From positions 1 through 49,168 of the forward strand of contig MRSU01007434.1 of the NCBI GenBank assembly GCA_008369845.1: a stretch of 49,168 nucleotides of DNA, in the 5' to 3' direction. This document shows, piece after piece, positions 29,231-38,863 of the stretch (position 1 is its first letter; the number at the start of each line of letters is the position of its first letter). The notes under the pieces were generated by a model. The model saw only the letters and a program-made list of their open reading frames with translations, had not been told where the DNA came from and ran no database searches. The translations under genes and the position numbers were made by a program. The stretch is from Trichomonas gallinae (Eukaryota).

Positions 29231-30964
29231 TCAAACGAAAGGTATTGTCTTTGGATATGACTTTCTCAGTTCTTCTTTATCTTCAATTCTGATGACCATG
29301 AAGTCGAATGCGAAGACAACATTTTCGCATGCAGATGTCAGCTCTTTCTCAGCGAACCTCTTTGAAATATGAGTTATCACATTGATTTTTGCTCCAAGAT
29401 CATTACCGATCTTCTCAGCGGACCAAATTGCGCTGTGTCCCCATTCCTGCTCATGTGCTGTCGTTCTGTCTCCTTTCGTCGCTTCATGTATCAGAATGTC
29501 GCAATTCTTGACTGTTTCACCATACTTGTCCATTATGTGGTGGTCTCCAGGATATGCTATGCGGAGTCCGTCGTAGTCCAAAACACATCCCATTGAGTTC
29601 TCGCAGTGCTCAGTCGGAATTGTCTGGAAGTTGAACTTGCCGAAAACGAATTTGTTCTCGTTCCTGACAAAGTAGTCCACGAAGTAGTCTCCATCTATAT
29701 CCTCGTCGAACTTCAAGTATTCAATTATGAAGTCGTCCGTGTACACCGGAATTCTTTTGTTTGTCAGTTTCGATCTCTCAGCGAGAAGCGTCTGCAGTCC
29801 TCCAACATGATCCCAGTGGAAGTGTGTCGTGTAAACGGCCACTGTGTCGACAATCATCTTATTAGCTTGTTCCATGCCGAACTTCCTTCGAAGCTGCTCC
29901 AAGAATCCTTCTCCACAGTCGAGTATTATGTTTCCGTCTTTCGTTGTTATTATGATAGATGTCGCAACTCTGTGGAGGTGCGAGAATCCTGCGTCTGTTC
30001 CGAGCATTGTTATTGCGAGTTTCTCGAATTCTAGCTTTGGTGGCATGTATTCTTCGTAGATCTTCTCTTTTACTGAATGCGTGTATCCTCTCTTGGCCTC
30101 AGGAAATGCAACGAAAACGTCACCTTTGAAGAAACTCTTGAAAATTCCAATATTTTCTGCTTTCTTTCCAACGCACAGCTTTTCAACTAATTTCGGGTTC
30201 AACTGTCTGTGCTTCTCGAAGAATTCATATCCAACGTTGTAAACAATTCTTCCGTCCATATTAAATGCAATATTATTTTTCACATTTTTGAATTTTTCTT
30301 GGTACAATGTTTCTCGTAATAACTCTGGTGAAGTAAAGTGAACAATGCATACATATTCTTCTGGATTCGAAATTAAATCTAAATCTTTCAAATCAATCGC
30401 TTCAACGATAAGAATCTTGCCACCTTTCTCTACTTCACCAATGCACATTTCCTGCGTAACTACAGTACCATTTTCTAATGTAACAGATTCGCCTTCTTTA
30501 AGTTTCTTGAAATCAGTGCCAATCTTGACGCCAAGTGATTTAGCAATCTTTGCATCAAACTTTGGTGCTTCGTCTGGTATAGTAGCTTCATAAGCTGTCG
30601 ATTTTGATAATTCTTTTCCTTGTATTGTAATAAACTGATCTTCATACAGCTTATTTGGTTCTATTTCTGTGTATTTGGATTTGAAGAATATGCTTTGTGC
30701 GCATTTTTCAGAACAATGGATTTTAATCAATTGACTTGTCATTAAACATTCACTCACGAAGCCACAGAGTCCTGATATAGCTCTGTGACTATTGCTAGTT
30801 AGAAATAGTCCGTTCAATGAAGACCACTTAATATTCGCATTGACTAAGCATCTCTGAGCAAAAGCAGGACAGTTAAACAGGTACCTCTTGTCGTTTATGT
30901 TGATGGAAACAACAGGGTAGGAGTCATACGACAGTCCTGATATCACAGAAACTTCGACTTTCAT
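29231..30964 (-). CDS. Long-form tRNase Z (ELAC2-like) metallo-beta-lactamase, divergent
   Basis: N-half YLFNCP and flexible arm KFDAKIAKSLGV. C-half MLGT, ILDCGEG, THFHWDH (HxHxDH), YPGD, LIHEAT, GHS and THISKR. Confidence 0.9.
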   Translation of the reverse strand: MKVEVSVISGLSYDSYPVVSININDKRYLFNCPAFAQRCLVNANIKWSSLNGLFLTSNSHRAISGLCGFVSECLMTSQLIKIHCSEKCAQSIFFKSKYTEIEPNKLYEDQFITIQGKELSKSTAYEATIPDEAPKFDAKIAKSLGVKIGTDFKKLKEGESVTLENGTVVTQEMCIGEVEKGGKILIVEAIDLKDLDLISNPEEYVCIVHFTSPELLRETLYQEKFKNVKNNIAFNMDGRIVYNVGYEFFEKHRQLNPKLVEKLCVGKKAENIGIFKSFFKGDVFVAFPEAKRGYTHSVKEKIYEEYMPPKLEFEKLAITMLGTDAGFSHLHRVATSIIITTKDGNIILDCGEGFLEQLRRKFGMEQANKMIVDTVAVYTTHFHWDHVGGLQTLLAERSKLTNKRIPVYTDDFIIEYLKFDEDIDGDYFVDYFVRNENKFVFGKFNFQTIPTEHCENSMGCVLDYDGLRIAYPGDHHIMDKYGETVKNCDILIHEATKGDRTTAHEQEWGHSAIWSAEKIGNDLGAKINVITHISKRFAEKELTSACENVVFAFDFMVIRIEDKEELRKSYPKTIPFV

Positions 30965-31083
30965 TTTTTGTTTTTGTTTTTTGAAATTTTCAAAATTTTA
31001 CATTTTTGTCAAAAAGTTTTGATGGCCGAACAAGTTATCAATTTTTTTTTTTTTTTTCCCTTTTTGTTGATGGAATTTTTTAG

Positions 31084-31350
31084 TTCATCAACGAAATCAT
31101 TTAACCTTATTTATGTGTTTGCACCACTTGAATTTCTTTTTTCTTTTTTATTTAAATCAACCAAAAATTAAATTAATAGTTACAGCCTTGAGAAATAAAC
31201 ATATATGCTTAGATCAAGCTTTGCATTATAATGATTTATCATAACGTTTTCAATACTGTCCAAACGTTTTTCGTCAAAATATTTTTTTTATGCGATGAAT
31301 TCATTTTATTTTCATCAACGAAATCATTTAACATTATTTAGATGCTTGCA
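31084..31350. repeat. Direct repeat TTCATCAACGAAATCATTTAAC x2 (227 bp apart)
   Basis: 22 bp identical at 31084 and 31311, with similarity extending about 20 bp further. Confidence 0.75.
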
Positions 31351-31563
31351 TAAGTTAGATTGTTTTATATCAATATTAATCAATCAATTTTTGATGTGAT
31401 TCTGCATTATATAGAAATATACAAAATGAATATTCTAGATGCTGAGTTTCTAAATGATATGATATGATATCAGAAAGATATGAAAAAATGACATTTTTAT
31501 TTTTTTGAAAGCAGATCTGTTTTACATTTGACAATTGCATTTAATGGAGTCGTAAGACACATA

Positions 31564-32582
31564 ATGATATTTATTTCCTCAATTCTGACAATGCCCCTAC
31601 TGAGATATGGGAGAAGTATTACGGCAAACCAGCGCCAAGTCCTTCTTGTTATCAAACTTATAATAAATGCGAATATAATCCATTAGCTAGTCAAATATAT
31701 GTCTATGGAAGCCAGTTTAAAGATGACTCTGATGGAACAATTATCATTACTGCACCAAATATCAAATTCATTCATTCTTCTTGCATCTTTGAAAATTGCT
31801 CGAGAAATGCTTATGGTGGAAATATCTATGTAAACAACAATTGCTTTGTTATACAACGACGATTTTGTACTATAAATGCATACACAAGAGAGTATGATGG
31901 ATCTGGCTGTCATTGTTGCTGTTATATTGTGCCAGACAGTCAAAATGATAACATTATTATAGATGGATCCGTTTGTCAATGTAACTACAAAAATGATAAC
32001 AATAGATGTCATTCAACTATTTTTTTACAATATGGGAACATTGGACTTTTTTCTTCTAATGTATCAAATAATAATGTTTACTATAATTCAGCAATTTACT
32101 TCTTTTTCGCGAAAAATGATGGAATTGTTAATTATTCGACATTTGAAAACAATCATGCTCATGGCCTTATTTGTTTACTTCATAGATATGGAAATTATCG
32201 TGATGAATACTGTAATGTGATAAATAATTATCAGAAATCTACTGAATTTGGAACATTTTATATTGGAACAAATACACTTACGATAAAAAACTGCACAATA
32301 AGAAAAAGCAATAAAAACGGTGCAATATTTAGCATAAATGATAATGGTAAATGCATTGTAATAAATTGTAATACTGATTCCTTCACGACCACATCAGAAG
32401 ATAATTATTCAACAACTTGTATAACTTATACAAATAGTATTAACATTTTACGCCATTTTTCTACCTATAAATGTAAGACAAAGATTGATGAAAACATAAA
32501 TACAGAAGAAGATCCTATGTTTTCACTTGAAAACTTCTTGTTCTCTATTTCTCAAATGATTTTTGAAAGTTATTTTGATTAA
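31564..32582 (+). pseudogene. Pmp-like/right-handed beta-helix protein gene with a 1-bp frameshift just after the ATG (pseudogene or homopolymer error)
   Basis: The frame is open from 31545 to 32582 (...EIWEKYYGKPAP...FENCSRNAYGGNIYV...FENNHA) with no early in-frame ATG. ATG 31564 is out of frame; adding one T gives MIFYFLNSDNAPTEIWEKYY. Confidence 0.7.
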
Positions 32583-32584
32583 GA

Positions 32585-34645
32585 TTACTCTGCTGTATTA
32601 AGAGATTCAAGGAATTCTTCGCATTCTTCTTGCCTTGGTGTGTCAATGATGATATCGAATGAGTTTTGGAAGAATGCTGTAACAATTTCATCACTTTTGA
32701 TTAACTTCGAAAAACTTGCTGTGAATTTCAGGAAGCAACAAACAGTGCTGTACGAAATGTAGTTATTGGAATAGCAAAGCTTGAATATTTCATAAATGGC
32801 TGCAATATGAATCCCGCCAAATTCTGGAATTCCAATCAAGCTGTAAATTATTTCGCAGACGATATCCATGACTTCGCCTTCAAATTTGTTGGTTGTTTCT
32901 TCACATATTGCAGCTAAAACTACATTATCTGCTCCTTGAAGTAGAGCTTGATTATGAATTATAACAGAATTCATGTAATTCCATCCTGCAACACGCTGCA
33001 TGCAATTTGATGAACCTAAAAATTTATCTATTTTATGCAAAACTGTCGAAAACAAATCCTGCAAAAATGGAGCTTTTTCACTTTCTATTATGCTTGTGTA
33101 GAATCCTAGTGCCAATGAACATAGCTGAGAGTCATCAATAAACAAAGAATCGAACAGTCTTTCGCCAACTGTCGACATCAAAAACTGAATTAAATGCGGC
33201 GATGATTTTGGCAACAATGACAAACAAGGAATTGATGCACAAAGAAATGGATCTGATGATTCAGCATGTGAAAAGGTATAACACACTCTATAGACTAAAT
33301 TGAAGAAGTTTTGGTTGTTTTCTGAGTCACCAACATTGGAGAAAAATGAAGTTAAAGTTCTTAGCAATAAAATTATTTCCCAAACAGTTAAATTGTCGAA
33401 GCATGAATAAAATATTTGCGATAAAGGATCAGATGGAACAGGAACATTCAGTAGCAGCTTCTCTAAACACCTTAGAACAGAGACTCGTATATTAATATCA
33501 GGTGAAGAAATAAATTGAATAACTTGTTGAATTATTGCGAAAGTATTGTCGCCAAATATCGAAGAAATTTCAGCAATAACATCAATAACATCCAATGTGT
33601 TAGTATTTAATGCTGCAAATAAGTAAGTTAAAAGCTTTTCAGGTTCACTTGTTATATCAATAATCGAAGGAATTGCTCTTATATTGATTTTAATATTCTT
33701 TTCATTTTCCATTAATTTCGATAAACTTTGCAAAGATTCATCTGGATAGCGATGAGTTATTGCAGTTAAAGAAAGCATGCATTGAGTAGAGCTGTTGCAG
33801 ATATATATGCTTTTGCTGTAAGCAAGATGATTAAATAATGCTGTGATGACTTCTTCGACAAAAGGAATTTCTTCATTTTGTTCAAAAATTTCTGCAGCAG
33901 AAAATGAAATATTGTCGCTATCTAATGAAATGCAATTGACAAGGAATGCTATTATCTCTTCTTCTACACGGCTTTTCAATATTATACTGCAAATTGATAT
34001 TATTTCTAAAATTTGTTCTTCACTTAATTCGCTTAAATTAATTTCGAATATAATCGGTAAAATGTTTTCGCAGACAATGTCTGGATACTGCTGTGCGATC
34101 AACGCTAATATTTTTAGAACAAAAGCGGCATGTTCTGTTTGTAGATGAGGAACAAGAAGTTCTAGGATTGCAGCATCCATGGGAATTTCTCTCAATAACA
34201 ATTCGTAGATTAAACTTAATCCGCTCTGCGAGTTTTCATTGCTTTGCAAAAGATTCGCCATTATCTGTGGAATATCTGGAAATGTTTCAACGCCGAAATG
34301 TGCAAGAAGGTCAGCAAACAGTGAGGATACGCAATTAACTAAAGGAGAAGGAGGAAGATCGAAAAATGGGGCTAAAATTGGATAAATGTTTTGTTTGAAA
34401 ATTTCTTTCGTTGTGTTTTGAGTTTGCGCGAAGAATCTTCTCATTAATATGGCTGCAACACAACGCGACTGGTCTGAGATGTTTCCGTTAGCGACTGCGG
34501 ATAATAAATACAATGTTATGTCAGGTTGGCTTTGGAATGATGCCATGTCATTGAAGATCTCCCTCTGGACATTTTCATCGAACTCCTGGGACGCTGTGAG
34601 CATTTTACAAATTTCTTCAACAACATTTGGATCCAATTCAGTCAT
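32585..34645 (-). CDS. Importin-beta/transportin-like HEAT-repeat protein
   Basis: IBN_N-like N-terminus (ICKMLTASQEFDENVQREI...PDITLYL...RCVAAILMR) followed by an all-helical solenoid. Confidence 0.7.
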   Translation of the reverse strand: MTELDPNVVEEICKMLTASQEFDENVQREIFNDMASFQSQPDITLYLLSAVANGNISDQSRCVAAILMRRFFAQTQNTTKEIFKQNIYPILAPFFDLPPSPLVNCVSSLFADLLAHFGVETFPDIPQIMANLLQSNENSQSGLSLIYELLLREIPMDAAILELLVPHLQTEHAAFVLKILALIAQQYPDIVCENILPIIFEINLSELSEEQILEIISICSIILKSRVEEEIIAFLVNCISLDSDNISFSAAEIFEQNEEIPFVEEVITALFNHLAYSKSIYICNSSTQCMLSLTAITHRYPDESLQSLSKLMENEKNIKINIRAIPSIIDITSEPEKLLTYLFAALNTNTLDVIDVIAEISSIFGDNTFAIIQQVIQFISSPDINIRVSVLRCLEKLLLNVPVPSDPLSQIFYSCFDNLTVWEIILLLRTLTSFFSNVGDSENNQNFFNLVYRVCYTFSHAESSDPFLCASIPCLSLLPKSSPHLIQFLMSTVGERLFDSLFIDDSQLCSLALGFYTSIIESEKAPFLQDLFSTVLHKIDKFLGSSNCMQRVAGWNYMNSVIIHNQALLQGADNVVLAAICEETTNKFEGEVMDIVCEIIYSLIGIPEFGGIHIAAIYEIFKLCYSNNYISYSTVCCFLKFTASFSKLIKSDEIVTAFFQNSFDIIIDTPRQEECEEFLESLNTAE

Positions 34646-34725
34646 TTAATAATAAAATAAACTAAACAAAACTCATTTAATCATTTTATTCAGTTTAAAT
34701 TTATTTTTTCTTTTAATTTTTTTTT

Positions 34726-37308
34726 ATGATTTCTGATAATGTTTTTCTTTCCGATTTATTGGAAGAATTCCCGCAGTATCAGATGGATATCAACGATTTC
34801 GCTATATCAGAAGAGGTTTTACAAACACCTGTCGCGAATTATTTTCGCGGAACTTATAATCCTAAGCTTTGCGAATGCATTATCAAGGAAATCAACGAGA
34901 AATCATTACAAGAAGATAATTTCAAACAGTTTTCATCGGAAATTCGAACTTTAGCTGCATCAAATAACATTTGCGTGGTAAAATTCATTGGTTTTACTTC
35001 TACACCACCATATGCGATAATTACAGAGTATATATCTAATGATACATTGGAATCTTTAATATATTCCTCAGATGAAAATAAAAAACAAAATTTAACAGAT
35101 ACCACATTAACTAACATAGCTATGGGAATTGCATTTGGCATGAAGCATCTACATTCTCTATCAATTATACACAGAGACTTAAAACTAAGCAATATCATAA
35201 TTGATAAAAACTTTATTCCAAAGATATCAGAATTTGGCTTAGCAAGGATTTACGACCAAGATTCACTCCTTACAAAACAAGTAGGATCTTATCCATATAT
35301 GTCTCCTGAATGCGCAATCGGAAATTCATATGATGAAAGTACTGATGTTTACTCATATGGCATGCTTTTATATGAATTATGTGAGAATACTAAGCCATTT
35401 TCAGGCTTAAAACAAGCGCAAATCATTAAATTCGTCTACAAACAAGGATTAAGACCGAAATTCACTGCAAAAACCCCAGAATCTCTTAAAGAGTTGATAA
35501 AATTATGTTGGGACACTGATCCAAACAAAAGGCCAACATTTGAAGAAATATTTGAGAAGTTTCACGAAGGATCTGTTTTCTTCACGAAAGCTGATAAAAG
35601 CGAAGTCAACAAATTTGCGAGAATGCTGATAATAAAAATGGCTAAAATGGAGGAAAGCAGCATAAGGAGCAACCCAGAGAACGATTTAACGAGCAAAAAA
35701 CGAAAAATTAGAAATTTGAAACCGAAATCTGAAGAATCACAAGAAGATAATGAGGAAGAAGAGTATTATTCATATTACTATGATGAATACGACGAGTCAG
35801 ATCTAGAAAATGTTATTTCTTCGATAAAAATGCCGACAAAAATTAGGAAAGCGTCAATTTACGAGGATTCGGAAATAAACAAGCTAAATCAGGTGAATAT
35901 TGATGATCTAACACAGAAAGGATTCAGAAATTTGATGAATAATTTATTGAATTCTTCAATCGATTCATTTTACGAAAATTACGAGCCAATATCGAAATAT
36001 TACAAGGATATAAGTCCAAATATAGTTATTATCTTCATATTAGACAATATTTTGAAATTGATCGAATCAAATTCAGAATTTATTGTACAACTTGATGCGA
36101 AAAAGTTCTTTACTACAATAAAAAACATAGAAGACGGCAATGTTGCTGACAAATTAGTTGATTGTTATTATCAAATAATATCAAAAGATCCAATGATAAT
36201 AAATGAGAATCACACGAGTACAATAACTGATCTACTCAAGAATTGTTCCCGAAAAATGTTCTCAGTTATGCACAAATACTGTTCTGTTTTCAATAGATTA
36301 CAAAATCCATGGCCAACTGTTGATATTCTTCTTCAAATCCACAATTACTTCTTAAATACAGAATATTGCAGCGAAATATTAACAATCTTATATAACTTAG
36401 TCAATGATTATGAAATTTATTTAAATTCTAGAGGCTCACATGCTCTTGGAGTCTTTATTATCAGCTTAAATTCACATAATACAGAAGCAGTATCAACTGC
36501 TTATGATGGAATCATCTTATTAATGAAAGATTTTGGAGCATTGGATTTTAATGTCGTTATTTCTCATCTTTCTCATGAAATATTATGGAAGAAATCAATA
36601 GATTTACTAGTTAGATGCGATGAAATTCCTTTTTCTCAAGATTTGATAACATTGTTAATTATTCATCTAAATGAAAGTCGTTACGCGTGGCTGATCTTAT
36701 TAAGAATAGCATCATCAGCCAATGATAATAGTATCATAGCCAAAAATAACAAATGGATGAATTATTCGGAATTTTTCACGAAAGAATCATTAAGGTTATT
36801 TTTAATACTTTTTTCTCGAAAAGAAAACAGGCAAATATTATGCGAATCTGAATATTTTGGAACATTCATGGCAGCACTAGCGAAATGCAGAGACCCAGAG
36901 GTGTTCACATCATTAGTGACAATATTAACAAGAATAGATATAACACAAAGCATTTTCGAAAATTTGGAGAAGACTCTTTTCACGAAATATTTCTTGGAAA
37001 CATGTTTAAGTAGCAACAGCGACACTGTTTCTTTTTACGCTATTGTGATTTTAGACAGATTGTGTCGTGTAGGTTATACTGATGCTTATCTCATTTACTT
37101 CGAGAAACTCGTTGAATTGTTAAATAACAAAAAACTATTTTCGAAAGTTATTCACGTTATTACTTCATTGTCTTTTAACAGAACTTGTTCGTTTTACTTC
37201 ATACAGCTTGGCCTTGTTCAGTATTTCGATGAACTCAAGAAATACCAGAAATATAAAGAATATGCAGATGCATTTTTAAAGAATGCAAAATTGTTATGTT
37301 TGAAATAA
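34726..37308 (+). CDS. TKL-group protein kinase (possible pseudokinase) with C-terminal ARM/HEAT-like region
   Basis: IIKEI, FSSEI, IIHRDLKLSN, SEFGLAR, GSYPYMSPE, DVYSYG and LCWDTDPNKRPTF. Long helical tail. Confidence 0.9.
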   Translation: MISDNVFLSDLLEEFPQYQMDINDFAISEEVLQTPVANYFRGTYNPKLCECIIKEINEKSLQEDNFKQFSSEIRTLAASNNICVVKFIGFTSTPPYAIITEYISNDTLESLIYSSDENKKQNLTDTTLTNIAMGIAFGMKHLHSLSIIHRDLKLSNIIIDKNFIPKISEFGLARIYDQDSLLTKQVGSYPYMSPECAIGNSYDESTDVYSYGMLLYELCENTKPFSGLKQAQIIKFVYKQGLRPKFTAKTPESLKELIKLCWDTDPNKRPTFEEIFEKFHEGSVFFTKADKSEVNKFARMLIIKMAKMEESSIRSNPENDLTSKKRKIRNLKPKSEESQEDNEEEEYYSYYYDEYDESDLENVISSIKMPTKIRKASIYEDSEINKLNQVNIDDLTQKGFRNLMNNLLNSSIDSFYENYEPISKYYKDISPNIVIIFILDNILKLIESNSEFIVQLDAKKFFTTIKNIEDGNVADKLVDCYYQIISKDPMIINENHTSTITDLLKNCSRKMFSVMHKYCSVFNRLQNPWPTVDILLQIHNYFLNTEYCSEILTILYNLVNDYEIYLNSRGSHALGVFIISLNSHNTEAVSTAYDGIILLMKDFGALDFNVVISHLSHEILWKKSIDLLVRCDEIPFSQDLITLLIIHLNESRYAWLILLRIASSANDNSIIAKNNKWMNYSEFFTKESLRLFLILFSRKENRQILCESEYFGTFMAALAKCRDPEVFTSLVTILTRIDITQSIFENLEKTLFTKYFLETCLSSNSDTVSFYAIVILDRLCRVGYTDAYLIYFEKLVELLNNKKLFSKVIHVITSLSFNRTCSFYFIQLGLVQYFDELKKYQKYKEYADAFLKNAKLLCLK

Positions 37309-37560
37309 ATGTTAATTAATATGTGCGGAAATGTAACTATATTTCATATTTTAATATAATATTTTTTATTCAATAAAATTATTTTGCAGTTTGTTGAATT
37401 TAATTTATAAAAACAACTTTGTTGCAGGATTATAAATATAAGATTAGATTAATTACTATATCTTATTTTTTGATTTTTTTTCAGAATTAAGCAATATTTC
37501 AACTAAATTCATGAAGTCATAACTAAACTATATATATTTACAAAACAAAAATACAATATA

Positions 37561-38763
37561 TTAAACTCTATTAAATACAGCAATTCTATTCTCCTTAGTT
37601 TTCTGCTTAACACAGACGAATTGAAGAATAGATACAAGACACATTCCACATACGAATGCTAAAACCGAGAGAACCCAAATTCTAAGATTTGCGTAATTTC
37701 GTTTTTTGTCTTTTTTCTCTTCGAGTTTCTCCCAGCAATCTTGTGGTATGTATGAAAAAACAGGAAGCTTCAAGTTTCCGTATTTACAGTCAATTAATTG
37801 CTTTTGAGATATGAATTTCTCCATTTCTTCTTGTTTAGCGTTGAAATTACAATTAACGAAGGATATTCTATCAGTTCCTCCATTATTGATGATAGATGAG
37901 TCTAAAATTTCAAACCAAGAAGAAGTAAACATAATTTCTAAATCAACATCAAGAATTGATGTTGAAAAAGTATTCCCATAGATATGGGTCTTGATGATGT
38001 TCATTTTCTTATATGATGAATCTTCTGAATAAATTCCAGTTTTTGCGCGATTTTTTGAAAAAATAGAATATGTAATATTAAATGTTTCAAAGAAGTATAT
38101 ATTCATTATTCCTCCATCTCCTGTCAACTTATTGCGAGTTATATTGTTGCTTGCCGCTGAATTTGCGCCGCCTCCGATTCCGATCGAAAAATCGATGGGA
38201 ATATGTGTAATTTTATCTCCACAATCGGAGATACTGGTATAGTTAAGTATGGATACGGGTGAAAATTCGAAAAACGCTTGATTTGTTAATGCAAAACATT
38301 TTGTTGCGAAAATGTAAGTTTGTGATATTGAATTTACTGATGCATACATTGCTCCACCACTTCCAGTAGCAGAGCATTGATGAAAGCAAGCATGACGCAT
38401 ATTAAGATGTGAAAACGGAACAGCGAACGTATTTATGTAAATTCCGCCACCATTTGGCGTGTTTGTATCTCCTGATGTGTGGCAGCTTATAAATGTCGAG
38501 TCAAGAATGTTTGTAACTCCTTCGAAAATATTTACCGAATATCTTTCGAAAACCTGAGCATATTGTATGTTCACAGAATGTAGATGAAGCTTTGTGAACG
38601 AATTTAATTTAAATTGAAGGCTTTTAATTAGTTTAACGAGAAAATTTGATTTGTAATTCGCGATTAAATGAGCGTTGTTAAACTTGAAATATATGGTGCT
38701 AATCATTGGTGGAAATATTGCATACTTCGAAAATATAGACAAACTAAAAACAATGATTAACAT
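37561..38763 (-). CDS. Pmp-like (GGxIY/FxxC) type I membrane surface protein
   Basis: Hydrophobic N-terminus MLIIVFSLSIFS, FISC..NGGGIY, FHQCSATGSGGAMY and DGGIM. TM segment IWVLSVLAFVCGMCLVSILQFVCV followed by a basic tail. Confidence 0.8.
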   Translation of the reverse strand: MLIIVFSLSIFSKYAIFPPMISTIYFKFNNAHLIANYKSNFLVKLIKSLQFKLNSFTKLHLHSVNIQYAQVFERYSVNIFEGVTNILDSTFISCHTSGDTNTPNGGGIYINTFAVPFSHLNMRHACFHQCSATGSGGAMYASVNSISQTYIFATKCFALTNQAFFEFSPVSILNYTSISDCGDKITHIPIDFSIGIGGGANSAASNNITRNKLTGDGGIMNIYFFETFNITYSIFSKNRAKTGIYSEDSSYKKMNIIKTHIYGNTFSTSILDVDLEIMFTSSWFEILDSSIINNGGTDRISFVNCNFNAKQEEMEKFISQKQLIDCKYGNLKLPVFSYIPQDCWEKLEEKKDKKRNYANLRIWVLSVLAFVCGMCLVSILQFVCVKQKTKENRIAVFNRV

Positions 38764-38797
38764 TTCAAACAACAACAACAAAAATTTTAACCATTTT

Positions 38798-38863
38798 TGA
38801 CATGTAAAAATCATTTTGGCATGTAAAGATATTTTGACACGTAAATATTATTTGACATGTAAA
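38798..38863. promoter_or_regulatory. Tandem array of four TG(A/G)CA(T/C)GTAAA motifs (~18-bp period) upstream of the Pmp-like gene
   Basis: TGACATGTAAA 38798, TGGCATGTAAA 38817, TGACACGTAAA 38835 and TGACATGTAAA 38853. Confidence 0.65.

Noticed and set aside
38798..38863. Repeat array considered as CRISPR
   Set aside because: Repeats of 11 bp with 7-8 bp spacers, eukaryotic context and no cas genes.
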